Of a stretch of 64,000 nt of DNA, positions 33,335-47,300 are shown piece after piece. Both the position numbers and the translations under genes were made by a program. The notes beneath the pieces were generated by a model. That model did no database searches, had not been told where the DNA came from, and saw only the letters and a list, made by a program, of their open reading frames with translations. The DNA is from Massalongia carnosa (lineage: Eukaryota): assembly GCA_965645245.1 (NCBI GenBank), contig OZ287075.1, positions 2,108,001 through 2,172,000 on the forward strand, in the 5' to 3' direction. Numbering within the stretch: position 1 is the first letter of the stretch; each line of letters begins with the position of its first letter.

Positions 33335-36300
33335 ATGACGAACTTGGTATCGGGCCATCTTGAACACTCACAGCCTCGCATGCCTTCATGCTCCTTACGA
33401 CAAGTCAATCGGCGTACTCTTCAACCTAGTTCTAAGGCCTCAAGAGATCGATTTCTACACTGGATCGCCAATCGGAAAATTCCACGCGCCCAAGCCACTG
33501 TCAGACACGAAGAAAGCGTTGATGAAGGTTCACACGTACAAGCCCAATAATAACTCATAATAGGCTTCTGCGAAACATACAGAATAACCTTCCTACATTG
33601 CCTTCCGTCCTCATGTTAATATCAATGGTTGCCCGTGCGACATCAGTCAAGATCTTAGTCAAGACGGCCTCAGCGTCAAGGTGAAGTGTTACGTCCAAGG
33701 ATCTCACGGGCGCTCTCTTAACGACTGTGTTCGCAATGTTATGACGAAAATAGAACTTCAAACGATCTGGAAGCTAGTCTCTCCTACATTTGCCCGCCAA
33801 AGACCAAATTTCTAGGAGATCACGCATTTGATCTACAAACCCACCGTAAATTTTGACAACACAAAGAATATCATGGTCTCACAATGCTTGAATAACGATC
33901 TTGTATTCGAGCTTGAACCGATCAACCGCGCAATGCAAATCCTTTAACTAGTTCGTCTATGGCGAGAGCTAGTGCGGGACCGATGCTATTCGGCTACCAG
34001 CGGATTCGGCTACCAGCGGATCGGCTACCAGCGGTTCTCCACGCATGACGGGGACAACAGGTGATGCAAAATCCGGACCTCTTCGGTTTTGCACGGTTAT
34101 CCGCCAGGAGCTGGTTCGGATAACGACGGGGATCTGATAGGGAAGGATGGATGACAGGGGGGAGATGGAGGCTATATAGAGGGCCAAAGCAGTCCTACAT
34201 CTCCTCATCATCTCGGATTCGGAGGTAGCACTGCATAGTAGTTTTTGACCCGCCCACCCACCTCAGGTCTCAGCCGCAGAGGTAGAGGGAGTATCCACCG
34301 CGAGCTGCACCAAGGCCCGAAAGGGGGCGCTAGGTAGAGGCGCCGGCGAGAGTGACGGCGCCAGCGAGGTGCAGATCGCTGTTTCCGCCAACCTTAGAAA
34401 TAGAAGCAATACGAGGTCACATGAACTAGCGTATCTTAACCGAGGATGCCGTGTCCTTCGACGTATACTTTACAGATGAAAACAAGGCTTCACTCCTCGA
34501 CAGAGCCAAAAACACCTTCCGACTCCATCATGAGATTCGGCATGGGAATACATTCAGCCATTTTTATACTCAGCGCTTGCAGACAATCAATATACCTCAC
34601 AATATCGATACGGGCACTTCTCTCAAGCCAAAAGACGAACTTCCACCGATGACGATCCTTCTCGGCGTTACAGTGATGGAAGCCATGGAAGACATGTAGG
34701 CTAAGGTCCCAGATCTTAATTCGAAGGTCGCCCTGATTCGTGTTCTGGAAGCTTTGGATGCCGGGGATGCTGCATACTTTGCCTTTTCTCATCATTCAGA
34801 CCCACATCCGCCTTATGCCGAATGATACCCTTCGCATCACTTTCCGCCTGAAGAAAAATATCGCCAAGCAGGATTGAGAGGTTACTATTCTCGAGCCATT
34901 CAGGTGGTGTCCTCAAGGTGAAACTGTCGACATTCTCAGACGTCTTCGTCAGCCAATCCTACAGGATGCAACTGCCGCCGAGAAGGTTTTCCGATCCTAT
35001 CAGAAGACCAAGATCCCCATCGCTGAGGCTCGTGTGAAAATTATTGATGGGGGCCGCGCTGTCTAGAAGGCTTGACTCCCGTGCGCTGCGTTGTGACCTT
35101 TCATTCGTCGGACATGTCGGAGTCTCGCATCATTGAAGGCCTGAAATCAGTCATGCATTGTTCTCGACAGGTTCTGACTCATCCATGCGATGCACCAGCG
35201 CGTGAGGAACCCGAATCCATTAAGGAATGGGCCAAGTTCTTGCTCATGTACGACTCTCGCAAGTTCGGTTATCGCAATCTGATTTCATATGAGATTTCCG
35301 ATGAATACCTAAACCATTTGACGGACGAAGACCATGTCAAGGCACTCGGTTATCTTCGCAACGCCCCAGTAAGCTGCAAAAAAAGTGCCTGGCTTTAATT
35401 ATTGGTATCGCAGGCTCAGGTAAATCCTTCTTTGCTGCCGAAATCACTGTTGCCCGCCTCCTAAGAAATCCTGAGGACCGATCTTCTGTGTAGCTTCCGC
35501 CAACCAGCCTACGGATCTCTTGATTAGAGAAATCAACAATGTTCTTGAAGCAACTAAGGCGTCAAATCCCATCTATGAAGTATTCCTGGGGATTTGTGTC
35601 GCTGTCGGAATCTACGCCGACAAGACTGAATCCGCTTACATCACCAGCCTGGCCGAATATCGATACCGCGAGACAACAGCGCGTGCGAACGATGACGAAA
35701 AGATGCATCTCGCTGAATTCGTGGACGCACCTCACACTCCTTTCCATCATCGTTGTGCTTTTTCAGCCGGTGCAGTTGTTTCCGACATTCCACCTCGTCC
35801 TTGTGCAAACTCCGACTCCCTTCCTGTTGACATTAGTCCTACCGACACCAAAGCTCTGTGTGAGTTTCGTTGTGTCTTCCCTGATTTTGGGGCAAAGTGC
35901 ACTGTCATCGTAGCAGATGATGACGACGATCACAATGATGAAGGTGGTGTGAAGCTTCTTCCAGCAAATAAAGGTATTAGCACTGTCGCTGCGGATGATG
36001 AAGAGGAAAAGGAGGGCGTAGATGATGATAATGGATCCGATGATTCTAGTAAAGGCAAAGAATAAGAAGCGACGAACAAGGCGCAGCGCAAGCGCGAAGA
36101 ACTTTTGCATACTCATCTCACAACCCTCAACAACTACGTCAAGCATGATTCTCAAGCCGTTACTCTTGACAACACGGATCACGAAGGCGCCAACAATAAG
36201 TTGAGTTATCTTACCAATCTCCACACCAACAACCCCCGCAACATTCCCGTTCTGAAGCGAGCCTTTGATATTGCCAAGAAGGAGAAGCGCTGCATGGTAA

Positions 36301-36380
36301 TCAAGCCCGATGGATCTCACGGCTATCTCATGAAGCACCGATACGTTTACACTCATGGTCTCGGAACCAAGGATAACTGA
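33335..36380 (+). pseudogene. Superfamily-1 (DNA2/NAM7/Upf1-like) helicase remnant
   Basis: LIIGIAGSGKS Walker A at 35404-35427 followed by motif Ia-like VASANQPTD; many frameshifts; no Walker B seen; boundaries approximate. Confidence 0.55.
33952..34423. mobile_element. Possible ~470-bp insertion flanked by AACTAG direct repeats
   Basis: AACTAG at 33946-33951 and 34424-34429; GC-richer than flanks; TCGGCTACCAGCGG x3; TATATA near 34173. Confidence 0.4.
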
Positions 36381-37974
36381 GGAGTTCGGCGCTGCTTCTC
36401 TCGACGAGGACAACACAGGCGCGCAAGGTAGTGAAGGTTTCGACGTCTAAGAATACGACAAAAATAATGCAGCATAATCTGGCAAAGGTTTCTGCATCCA
36501 GGAACCAGGTATCGAGAATCCTGAGCAAGGATAGATGGAGGGAGCATGATCAGTCAATCGAAAGCAAAGGTTTGTGGGATTCGTATGGGATTGCTCCGAA
36601 CTTCTTTTGACGGATTAAAATATACCTTATATTTCATGTTTGACATTCACACTCGATCATAGGACAATCAAAAATCTTTCGTGATCATGATTGTTCGTTG
36701 AGGTTAAACTTCCATCATCTTTTCCCCGTGATTCTCCAAGATTCTTTCACGAGATATAAATATTGTTTGATTCAACGAGTCGGATAACTAGTTTGTCGGG
36801 GTTTAACTCGATCCGTTGCGCGACATTAAAATGAACCGAATTCATAATTTCATGAACGATATCTTCACGTGTAAAGAACATGATTGTCTCTGAAGGTAAA
36901 TTGTCTACGCGAACGATCCGGGTCTATGGCGAAAAGATGCTCTCCGAAGAGCCAGTAACCAAGGCCGCCGTCGATGCGAACATGAGAAGCGGAAAAATCG
37001 CAACGGAGCGCCATCTGATTGCGTGAAAATGTCAGGGGAGCACCAACGAACGGGGCACTACTGACACCACAGTGACAGGCACGAGATGGAGACAGGCACT
37101 GACAGATGCAACGTGGCGAAGGGCACGGATAGGTGATGGAGGCGCTGAGGAGACAGAATCTCATTCGAGAGTTTTATGAGCATTCGCAAAAGGAGATGCG
37201 CCTGCAACACAGATCGGCTGTCGGATTCTACACTCGTGGGTGGCGAACTCCTCGGAGACTCGGAGACCCGGAAAAGAAGCTAGTACATGCGTGCTCCAAT
37301 CCTCTTCGTTCCACACCCGTCACGTTGCTTCTCCCCCTGCCAGCCTCCGCATCGTGCCCGTTCTCAGCCGAACCTTTTTATATCATCTTCTCTCTTGACA
37401 CATCAAGCTTCCAACCCTATTCCTCATTTACCTTCACGCAACCCCCCCTCCCCCTTTCCCCGATTCTATTTTCGCATGCCCGTCCCCCGCCTTTGGCAAC
37501 CCGATTTAGCAGATCTTTCCAGTGCCGCTTCCTCGATTGGTTCTGGGACAATCTCGCATGAATCTACAATCATCGGGATCGCCGAAAGCAGCTAGCACCA
37601 ACAGAAAGCACAAAACAAGCGAATGCCACATTTGATGGTTATGTTTGGCGTTGGGAATCTTTGGAGGATGGGTAGGGTTTTGGCACTTTCGCGAAGACTC
37701 AGGTTGGGCAGCATGCAAGACGTAGAGGGGGAGGGAAGGATGTGAACAAGTCGACGTCTCAGGGTTCCCCATTCCGGGAGGGGTGAATAGTTAATAAGAC
37801 TCGCATTCATCCGCAAAATGTCAACGACCGAGAGAGAATAACAGATGGCGACGTCGAAGGTCGCGCAATATCTTGCGAAGCAAAACTACCTATTACACAT
37901 TTCTGCCCAACCGAATCCACATCTAAAATCGAGGCTGATTCGCCTCAACCCGCCACGTAAGCAAAAAAAAAAAC

Positions 37975-38567
37975 CTAGATCACAGCAGCTTCTAGATCGG
38001 GGGCTCTGTATGTACACAAAGCCCCGTTTCCGATATAGTGCACGAAATCCGCCGCATTGACCAACGTAAGCCCGGCGGGAAGCAGCACTTCAGATGGTGG
38101 AGAAGATTTCCCGGAGCAATCCGAGTTTCTGTCACGAGAATCAAGTCAGCACAATGCCATGCCATGGCCTCATCTTTATCATCATCATCGAGTAAATGGA
38201 CTCGACTAGTTTGAATAAGTAAATACTGCAACTTACGGTTTCGACGCGCAGAGAGCGGATTTGCAGAAAACCGCCATTTGCGCGTTGTTGCCGTCGATGG
38301 CGTACGGATAGCATTGGTCGTAGCTGAATGTTGTTGTGTATCCTTTATCATATTTCACTCCGACGTACTAAACAAATCGAGAAAAGGGATGTTAACGTCA
38401 AAGCTCTTTTCGCGATAGGTGTCATCGTTCTCACTTACGGCGTCAGATCCACCATCCTGGCATAGCTTGAATAGTTTTTCATAGTCGCTGAGAACCGGTA
38501 GGTCGGGATGAGGCACCGCGGAGACGATGGTAGCGATGAGGAGGAGGGAGGATATTGTAAGCTTCAT
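37975..38567 (-). CDS. Small secreted cysteine-rich protein (137 aa, 6 Cys, 3 exons)
   Basis: Exons 38567-38439, 38367-38237, 38128-37975; both introns GTAAGT...AG with branch-like GTTAAC/GCTGAC; spliced frame open; signal-peptide-like MKLTISSLLLIATIVSA. Confidence 0.8.
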
Positions 38568-39240
38568 CGTGAATAGAAAAACAGTTCCCCGAAGCAATAG
38601 CTTTCCTATGCGAGAAGATCAAATAGACGAGAACCGCTAGTTCCTTGTGCAAGTGAACAAATCGTTTGCTGTATCGTTTGACAGTTCGATGGACCTTTGG
38701 AATAACCAGGAAAGCATTCCAAGATATATAAGCCATAACGCCGCCGCCGCCGCCGTCACATCCGCACAAAACCCTCCGACCATGTACGGAAAGACCGACT
38801 CGATGACCTCAACACGTTCACTTTCAGCTCCTTTCTCGCAGCCACAGGCGACCGATTTTGGCATTTGCTAAAACATTCCCGAATACAGTTAACGGCATCC
38901 AGATCGATCTGCAGAAGAAAGCGAAACCAATACGGAAGTAAATGACGCATGCTGATTGATTTGCGCACTAGAGTCCTCGATCTATCTCCCGATTGGGGGT
39001 GGGAATTAGTTCGATTTGAACCTGGTTCGTGAAACTCGGAAGTGGCGAGGAGGATGTTTGGTGTGATCGCGTTTGTGATTGGTGAAGTGGTTGGGCGCAC
39101 ATTACTCCAATAAGTTATCTTCTTGTTCATTCGTTTTGGGCCAAGACATTGCATAGGCGCATGCATAGTTACATGCATCCACAGCCTGCCTTCCTGTTCA
39201 CCAAATAACTACTTTTTAAGTTTGCCGAAAGAGTTGTGTA

Positions 39241-39264
39241 TGTGTGTGTGTGTGTGTGTGTGTG
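39241..39264. repeat. (TG)12 microsatellite
   Basis: Read directly. Confidence 0.95.
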
Positions 39265-39873
39265 TTTTGCCACTGCCCAGGCGAGAATCTGATCTGGGAA
39301 GTGTCGATCAGTTAAGTTTTCTGGCTCCTAATCATCATCAGTACTTATGTGGTTGCATCCGAGAGAAACCATTCTTGCAGGTAGTTAATTTCGAGGTGAC
39401 TTTCATTCATGTCTTCGTTTTCTGTAGGTCTGGGACATACGTGCTACGGATGTTTTTGTGCGTACTCCGTAGAGAGTGAATTTTTGATGCTGGTGGTTTT
39501 CAGCAGTCATAAGAACTCGTATCATTTGGCCAAACCACTCCAATACCTTCATCTCCATCTATCTTCATCTCCTACATCTATGTATGTACGATCACCTCCA
39601 TCGTCTATGTCATTACTTTCATCATGTACATCTTCCTGATTTCTTTGTAAGAAGCATGAAGCTCAAGCACAACTTGCTATATTCAAGCTTTGGATTATTT
39701 CCCCATTTTACGCTACTATCCATACCATCCCGCAACAAGTTGCAGCAATCAAATATACCACGGTTTTTGCCACAGCGCCAGCCCCACTCGCTACACCACC
39801 GGGTGAATGTCCTTCTACGAGCGTAGCTTAAAGACTTGTATTGGTCTCGGTATCTACCTCGAGGGGATAAAGG

Positions 39874-40602
39874 TCAACAACGAAGCAGTGCGAGAGGGAT
39901 ACGATGGAGTGGTGAAGGAGGGCGTGTCCAAGTTATCTGAGGTATACGTGCGAATTGGGCGGATGGTGATCGTTTGACTGGTATCGTTGGTTGGGTGAGG
40001 ACTGCGGTGGTACTTTGGACTTCTGTGCTGGTATGGATCGCGCTTGTGGAAGGCGCCGCATCGATGGAAGTACCATCCTCTAATGTAGGAGGGGCATTTG
40101 CATCTCCAGGCTTAAATTTTGGATCAAAAGTAATGGGGTAGTGAGAAGCGCATAGGGCGGGGCTCATAGACTAACTACAGCATCTAAAAAAACAGAATCA
40201 GTCAAACAAGTCGACAAAACCCAAAGCAGCGCACACTGAGGATTGAACTTACGTTCGGGCAACAGATTGCACAACCCCTAGGACCGCAATCATTCCTGCT
40301 CGAACAACTAACTAAAGGCAAAAAGTTCTCCCATCAGATCGCTCAGTTTCCCAGAACCGAAGACCATGGCGCTCACAGTCTCCAAGACAACACACATCGC
40401 CATCCCCGGCATTGTAGCACTTGTTGTAGCACAACGCGAACCCAACCCCGAACGTTTCAGCACATGTTTTCGTGTATATATACCGCCCGCCCCTCTCTTC
40501 CGACGCGGAAGCAGCATGTGGTGCTGCCCAACAGACTGCACCAGATCGCCGACAACAAGCAAGCGGGACAAGAAGAACGAGACGAATGGTACTTTTCCAC
40601 AT
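39874..40602 (-). CDS. Probable secreted Cys-rich protein with Ser/Thr-rich tail; may be degenerate
   Basis: TCAETFGVGFALCYNKCYNAGDGDVCCLGD, intron, CSSRNDCGPRGCAICCPN, GTAAGT intron, SMSPALCASH...STSAIHTSTEVQSTT; N- and C-termini uncertain. Confidence 0.5.
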
Positions 40603-41541
40603 CCCGCGGTTCGGAAGATGAAAACGTTGTTGCGCATAACAGAGGAAAAGGAAATGGTCCATTCATATAGCTAGTTAAATAAACTCTTCTGCTGCTTGGC
40701 ATAACTAGGTAACTCACCATTTCGCCCCCAGATCCCCCGTCATTGCGAAAATGCGATTTGATAATGGGCGATTTTGTGCGCGATATGGCAAATAAAATCT
40801 TGGCGGTATGAGTAATTCGGCTAAGGCGGAAGGTAATGCCGGGACCGAGCGCGAAACAGCCGACGAAGGCTGAAGGCCGTGGATAGCCGAAGCACCGAGT
40901 GGAGGCAGGCCGCGAACAGCCGACGAAGGCCGAAGGACAAAGGAGGATGATGTCCAAAATAGTCGGACAAGCAAGAGAGAGAAAGGGCATAAATAGGTGG
41001 CCTTTTGGCACTCTTCTCCTCATCATCACCATTGATTCGGAGTTCAGCACCAAAAGGTCTTTTGCCCACCCACCCACTCCCTGAATCAGCGCATAGGTAG
41101 ATGGAGTTTTCCCCCTCACTGCTGCCAAAACAAAGCCATTATAGGAGGGGCCCTCAGCAAAACTGAGCGCCAGCAGGGCAGCAGCGATGGGAGAGTTGCC
41201 CAAACATAGATAGAACTTATGTATACGTTCAGCTGACACGATGGAGCCCGCGAATTACCGGTCGATTGGTCGCCCGGAGGCCATGTTGGATTCGATTCGC
41301 TTAAAGATAATTAACCCGACCCCTTCCCCCCAAGTATTGCATGTATCGCCTCCGTTCATGTACACAGGTCCCGCGATTGGACCACGTTTAAATCAACATT
41401 GTCCTGGTCCGCAGAAAAGCTTACGTTTTTCGTTATTGCTGTGAGTAGTATATGGCTTCAAGTTCTGGCGAGAGTCGGAATGAATTATGGCAAAAGAGAA
41501 TCCGATGAACTCAGCCTTGATTGAGATTATCATAACTTCGT

Positions 41542-42490
41542 TCAATCCTCAGCTTCCTCATCAAGCGCATGGTTTACCGCTGTGGGTTGCCCGCGAGCTG
41601 CCCACCAGAACTCCACAAGTTCAAATACCTGGACCCATTCCCCATCCGGCCGCCCAAACTGCCTGACGAGAATAGGTTCTCTGTCCACAACTCGAACTTG
41701 ACGCTTCAATCGAGGCACCACAATGGCAAAACCGAAGTAATAAAAATAACTTAACACCACCGTCCCTAAACTCACTGTGGGCATAACATACCATCGAACA
41801 TGGGGTTTGGAATATGAAAATGGGGAATCATCGCTAGGCGGAAGGAACGCTCCGACGATAGCGAACGCACAAATGAGACTGAAAAAAAAGTTAGCGTCTT
41901 CCTTACGGAAGAGAAGCAGAAACCTCGACCTGTAGATAATGGCTGCTGCTGGCCCACCCCATGGCGAGAATCCAACACTCGCGGCCATTCTTCCCGTTTG
42001 ATCCATCTCAAATACAAAAGACCGCCCGCCACTAAGAAGCCGACTATGAGGACCAAAAGGTAAGTGTAGAGGGCGACAAGTACTTTGTAAGCCACCGTTG
42101 GGCTGTTCCCAGAGGTGCACCCGATCAAGAGGACTGAGAAGAACCAGTGAAGTAGCAACGATGCTGCGGGACTCTGTTCAACGGGTGATGTTTGGGATTC
42201 TGGATTGTTTGATGGCCACCATTTGTTCTTAATCCAAGTATAGGGTGTATCTGTACTTGTTGCAAAAAAAAGCGACCAAGGCAAGATGCCTTCTTTGGCT
42301 ATTTCTTGTTTTACTAGAGATGAGAGATTCTATTAGCAACCGGTATAAAATTGCTTCTAGTGACGTTCAATCGTCACACATCTTACCTCTCGAGGCTGTA
42401 AACGTCGCTATGATGATATTTCCAAATATGGAAAGTGCAATGAATGCTGACATGACGCGAGGAGCAACGTCATTTTGGTGACCAAACATG
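41542..42490 (-). pseudogene. 3' part of an APC amino-acid permease (methionine permease-like)
   Basis: SAFIALSIFGNIIIATFTASR, intron, VKQEIAKEGILPWSLFFA...ASLLLHW...GLLYLR; frameshifted; 5' half missing. Confidence 0.8.
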
Positions 42491-44319
42491 CTCGAGACCA
42501 GCGTCCAAAGCGACGATGGGGCCTCAAGGATGACGAGTGTCGCGCAGATCTCCATGCGTTGATCGAAGTCACAGGCGATTTCTCTAAAACGCTTGAGGAA
42601 TGCCAAACATTACTGGGAAACAGCTCCAAATTTCGCCGCAATGCGGCCAACTTTATCGATAATGTTCTGTGGCATACCTCCACCGAGAGCGAGGTTAACA
42701 ACTTAAGGGAGCGGGTTCATCTTCATATCACTAAGTTGTTTTTCGTGATAAAGCCATTTGAAATCCAGCTTCTCCTTGGGATACAAAGCGAGTTACGAAA
42801 GCTTAGATTGGATGTACTTGGATTGAAAGGTCTACTCGTGACTTCACAATCAAGGCGCTGTTGCGTGCAACCCGCTATATCCCCAAGCCGGAATCAAAAG
42901 AATCCAGATTCCCGAAGATGCCGCGCGTCGCTTCTTGGACGCAATTAACAACGACATGCCAAAATCCTTCCAAGATATTGCTGATCTACCTTTAAAACCA
43001 GGATTTGATGCGCTGGTTTTTCATTTTGCGAAAAGCACCGTCGAATTCAACCCAGGGGTGAGCCCGAGCCAAAGAGTACCGGAAGAGACTCAATACTTAA
43101 AGCTGCTGAAAAGTGAATGGATTTTACAAAAGCTCAGGTTGAGCAGTCATCTTTCAGCTGCAGGGCCGGATTCTCTCTGGGCAAACTATTTAATGGAGGT
43201 AGAAACGGATATCATGGAAGAGTACAGGCGATTCGAAACGGGACGACTTATTGCGCCATTTCCAGATGTCATTGCCCGCCTTCCAGACCATTGTTTCTCT
43301 ATTTGGACTGCTGAAGTATCTTCGGTGCGACCTTCAGATCTAGCAGAAGAAAAGGATCTAGAAGACAAAATTCTCGAGCTAACTCTCCCGAACCAAGTGC
43401 CGCTAGGGAATTAACAATATTCCGGAACAGCGATATCGAGTTTCGCATGGTTGTGTCAACTACTGTGACTGATAAGTTGAACAAAGTGGTGGAGAGGGAA
43501 AGCTTTCCAATCCACATGCAGCTGACCCGGTTCATTCCTGCATATACAATACCTGAGGGCACATCTGCAGGCGTGAAGTCCGTCAATAACGTATTATTGT
43601 ACCGGATCCAGGATCGAGCTTACTTGTGGCAATCTTTAAAAAATGCCGATGAGGTTGCCCGTTTCCAGCAAGCCCTATTAGGCTACAGGGTTTTTGATGA
43701 CGTATCCAACGTCAGATGGTCTCTCAATGGATCTATGAAATCCTGCAAGCATGGCGTCGGTAGAGTGCAAACCTGGCAGGTAAAGCGTCTCTCAAGAATT
43801 TCTCGGTGTGAAGCATTGGCTATCACCCAAAATTCATCACAAACAACAGAAAGTCCACGATCTGGGTCCACGAAAGAAGGTTTGCAACGGCAATCTACTC
43901 GGTTGTCAAGCACGTTCTACAACAGCAGCATGCATACTCCCATCATCGGGAGCCGTGCCAAGGGCATTGCAATCTTCCCGCCCGAGCCTCCGGTACTAAT
44001 GATCTACACATTATGCGAAGAGAAATACACCTTCCTGCACATCGAGCTCGACACCGAGATATTTGTGGACGAACAGGCTTGCAGTTGCAAAAACTCGCCG
44101 AAGTCGTGTATTCGTATTGTCTTGAAGATAAAGGGGAATAAAATGCGGGTCCGAAAATACAGCGCGCAAGAGAAGCATGAGAAGGGACTAAACTCCTGGG
44201 ACCTTACGCCTTTCCGACTGCCTCGGCATCCAAAATACAAAGAAGTCGAAGTGCTGCAAAAGATTAAATACATCTGCTTCGACTTCGCCAGCGTCCCCGC
44301 TAAAGAGAAGTTCTGCTAA
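42480..44319 (+). pseudogene. Hypothetical protein gene, 5'-truncated and frameshifted
   Basis: Three consecutive coding-like ORFs (42475-42948, 42935-43414, 43447-44319) in shifting frames; no start; family not identified. Confidence 0.6.
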
Positions 44320-47300
44320 GAGCTGAAGATCTTGTTCAAGCATGTGAGGGACTGGGAAATCGAACAGTACCGCGAAGAAGTCTCTAGACATCAAAAATTG
44401 AGCTTGTCACCGGGTCGACGATGAATCTACGTGACGCAAGAGATCGAGCGATGTTGTTATTGTTGCTAGATGTGTTCCTGGATATGTTCGATTAGCCGCG
44501 GAATACTTCTGGGCTCCAGATAGATTGAACGACAATATAATCTTCATCATATGCCGAAATCAAATCCTTCTCATAAGCCTGCATATCAGCTACGCATAAG
44601 CGTAATGTAACTAATTACTCTTTCGTCATTTATCAACATCTTAAACACTCGAAGGTCATAATCATGTGTCTGAAGACATATCATCAAATATCCTTATCAA
44701 ACGATTCTCTCCATCTTTCGCCATCTTATGCCACTTTAGCTCCGAATCAAAGCATCCTTTGAGAATCTTACTTGACAGCACATTACAGGGCATTACAAGG
44801 ATGCAAAAACAACGTCTTATTATCGAAATTGTAAACTGCGACATCGAAGCTAGACCGCGCGCCTGAAAATTACAGCGTGAGAAAGTTGACCTATGGGCCA
44901 TTTCTACAAAGTCAAGGTTTTCCCAAACTTAGCTTCACCCAGCTCAACTCTTGGGCTTTATTCAACGTCATGCTGTTCATTCGCAAAACGCTTTCTCGAT
45001 ACAGGCAGTTATTGCTCCGCTCGTAATGACAGAGCAAAGTCCGCAGCATGCCGCCCTCGCGGCCACAAATCAAGGCTACAGATGGCGGTCGGACGGCGGA
45101 GAAGATGCTGACACTGAGCTCGCCTGTGTCTACCAGGGTAAAGAAACGATGACCATGTGGCAGCGGAGGAGGCTGATTAGTCGACTGGGGATCGTTATGT
45201 TCCGTAACCCAAGCTGGTTCGCGGCCCAGCCGTTCATAAGGTTCGCGTTCGGAGAATGGAGTGCTGGAGGGCTCGTAAATCAGCCTTCCGCGCGCGTTAC
45301 CAAAAATGGTTTTCTCCAGCTCTTGGAGTGGCATGACGCCTTCGAATCCGATGAGCCAAGGGGCCGATTTGGTAATTTTGCCACCAAAAAGCCGGCGCAC
45401 AGCGGCTGGTGCGGTCAGAGCGAGCAATAAGGAGAAACATAGTAGCAGAAATCCGATGACGAGGAACATAATGTCTCTAGCAATCTCTAAGTCATAGATG
45501 CTGAAGGAACCGTTTATGTCCTCATTTTCGATCTGGCTTTTTAATAGAGACGTTGTTTGTCGATCTGCATCTCTACGTTTTGCGTCGGCGAAATAGGTGA
45601 GAATATAGCTGAAGATCAGGCCAAACCCTAAGCTCAATGTGTAAACTCCAGAACGAATAACAAGCTCTGCTATGAGCCTTCGTAACCCAATCCCACGGTT
45701 ATATTGCATTTGCGGAAAACCTTTCCATCGAATGGAGACGCCACAGCATCGGTCGAGGATGATTTCGCTGCCTTGGCCAAGGCCAGCGACTTGACAGACA
45801 GGATTGATATCCCAGAGCCAGGCACCAAATTTGTCGGGTCTGGTCATACTGAACGTATCTTTTGCGCCGTTGTCCGGGTCTGGAAACATGCAAACCATTC
45901 GTTCGATGAGACGATCGCTATCATTTTCCAATGACAAGCGAGCCAGCGCTTCAAAGAGACCCTCATTTCCTTTAAGCTGAACACGATGATTCAGGAAACC
46001 CATCAGTGCATAAGCCGGATCAGCTTTGGTATACTCTGAATATTCTTTGCTAGCCAAAGCTTCATAGGCAATTGTGAAGAGTTCCAACCGACCGAGGTGA
46101 AGTACACCAGAAAAGTGTTCGGCCAAAAGACGAGTGGATTGATCTCGAGCTTCATTCTGATTCCATATCTCATCCGTCATATCAAGCTTGGTCAATGTCT
46201 CGACATTGTAGGAAAGCTTATCCAATGTTTCTACATTCCGAGAGGGTTCACCCAAGGTCTCTTCTCCAGGGGAGCAAAACGTAATGGTACGGCTTTGCGA
46301 CAGCATTGCCTCGGGCAAAGTCCACATACGGGAACCCCAATCCCTCTTGAAGTGACTGGTCAGATCGGGAAGAACGACACATACCAACTGTGCTCCTCGG
46401 ATCACATCGCACATTCTATACACGTCTGCATCACGAATCTCTTTCTCTTTCTCTGGTGCCATACAACGGACATCAAACCAATATGCAGTCACCCCAGCTT
46501 GTATAGCCTGAGCTTGAGCAATCTTCTCGATCTTGACACGAGCTTGCTCTGATACCCAAGCCTTGAAGTGTCTACTCGTCCAGCTAATGAAGATGTAGGA
46601 CACACGTTGGTGAGGATTAGGATCGAGATACCATTTTCCACCCTTTAATACCATCAGCTGACGAGGTCTTACTAGCCTGACCTTATAGGAGACATCCTTC
46701 ATATCTTGATTCTCGAGGGCTTGACGGGCTTCGGGACTGGAAAACGGTCTCATGTCCATTTTGTTCCTCGCATACTTAGGATAATCCCAGAAATAATTTG
46801 GGAATTGATTGTAGGTGTCTTGAAACTCGGAATTCACCCAGGCTTGATCCAACGGTAGAGAAAGCATAAATAACAGAACAGGAGCGATCAAGAGTATTCG
46901 GACAAATGAATCAAGAATGCCGAAGAAGCGGCGGCGTTCATCTGGCCTTGGATCCGACGGCGACAACGCCCATTCTGAAAGTTTAAAGACGAAAGGGACT
47001 TGCCCTGTTAAACTTGTTCGACGCCAATTCCCAGCAGGATTTTTCGCCCTTACCGAGGGCGTGGCCTGAACAATCAGCCGGCTTGGCACCCCGTTGTTCG
47101 GGCTAATATATCGAATCACATCTCGCGGCCGCCATGTCACCCGGCCATAATAATCACGATGATAGTATTCAGTCGTCTTGCCGTCTTTATCGGGCTGCAG
47201 GTCAAAACCATGGTCGTATTCATCATCCAGATGCGATCGGTTGGGCTTCTCATAAAAAAGCCCTTTAGACCATCCCTTTTTTCCGTTGAGGGGATCGGTG

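Noticed and set aside
36865..37816. Cluster of short overlapping ORFs
   Set aside because: Low complexity, no coherent gene model.
40457..41239. 260-aa minus-strand ORF
   Set aside because: No recognisable motif; crosses a short repeat and overlaps another candidate gene; its first ~60 aa could be a fragment but I cannot support that.
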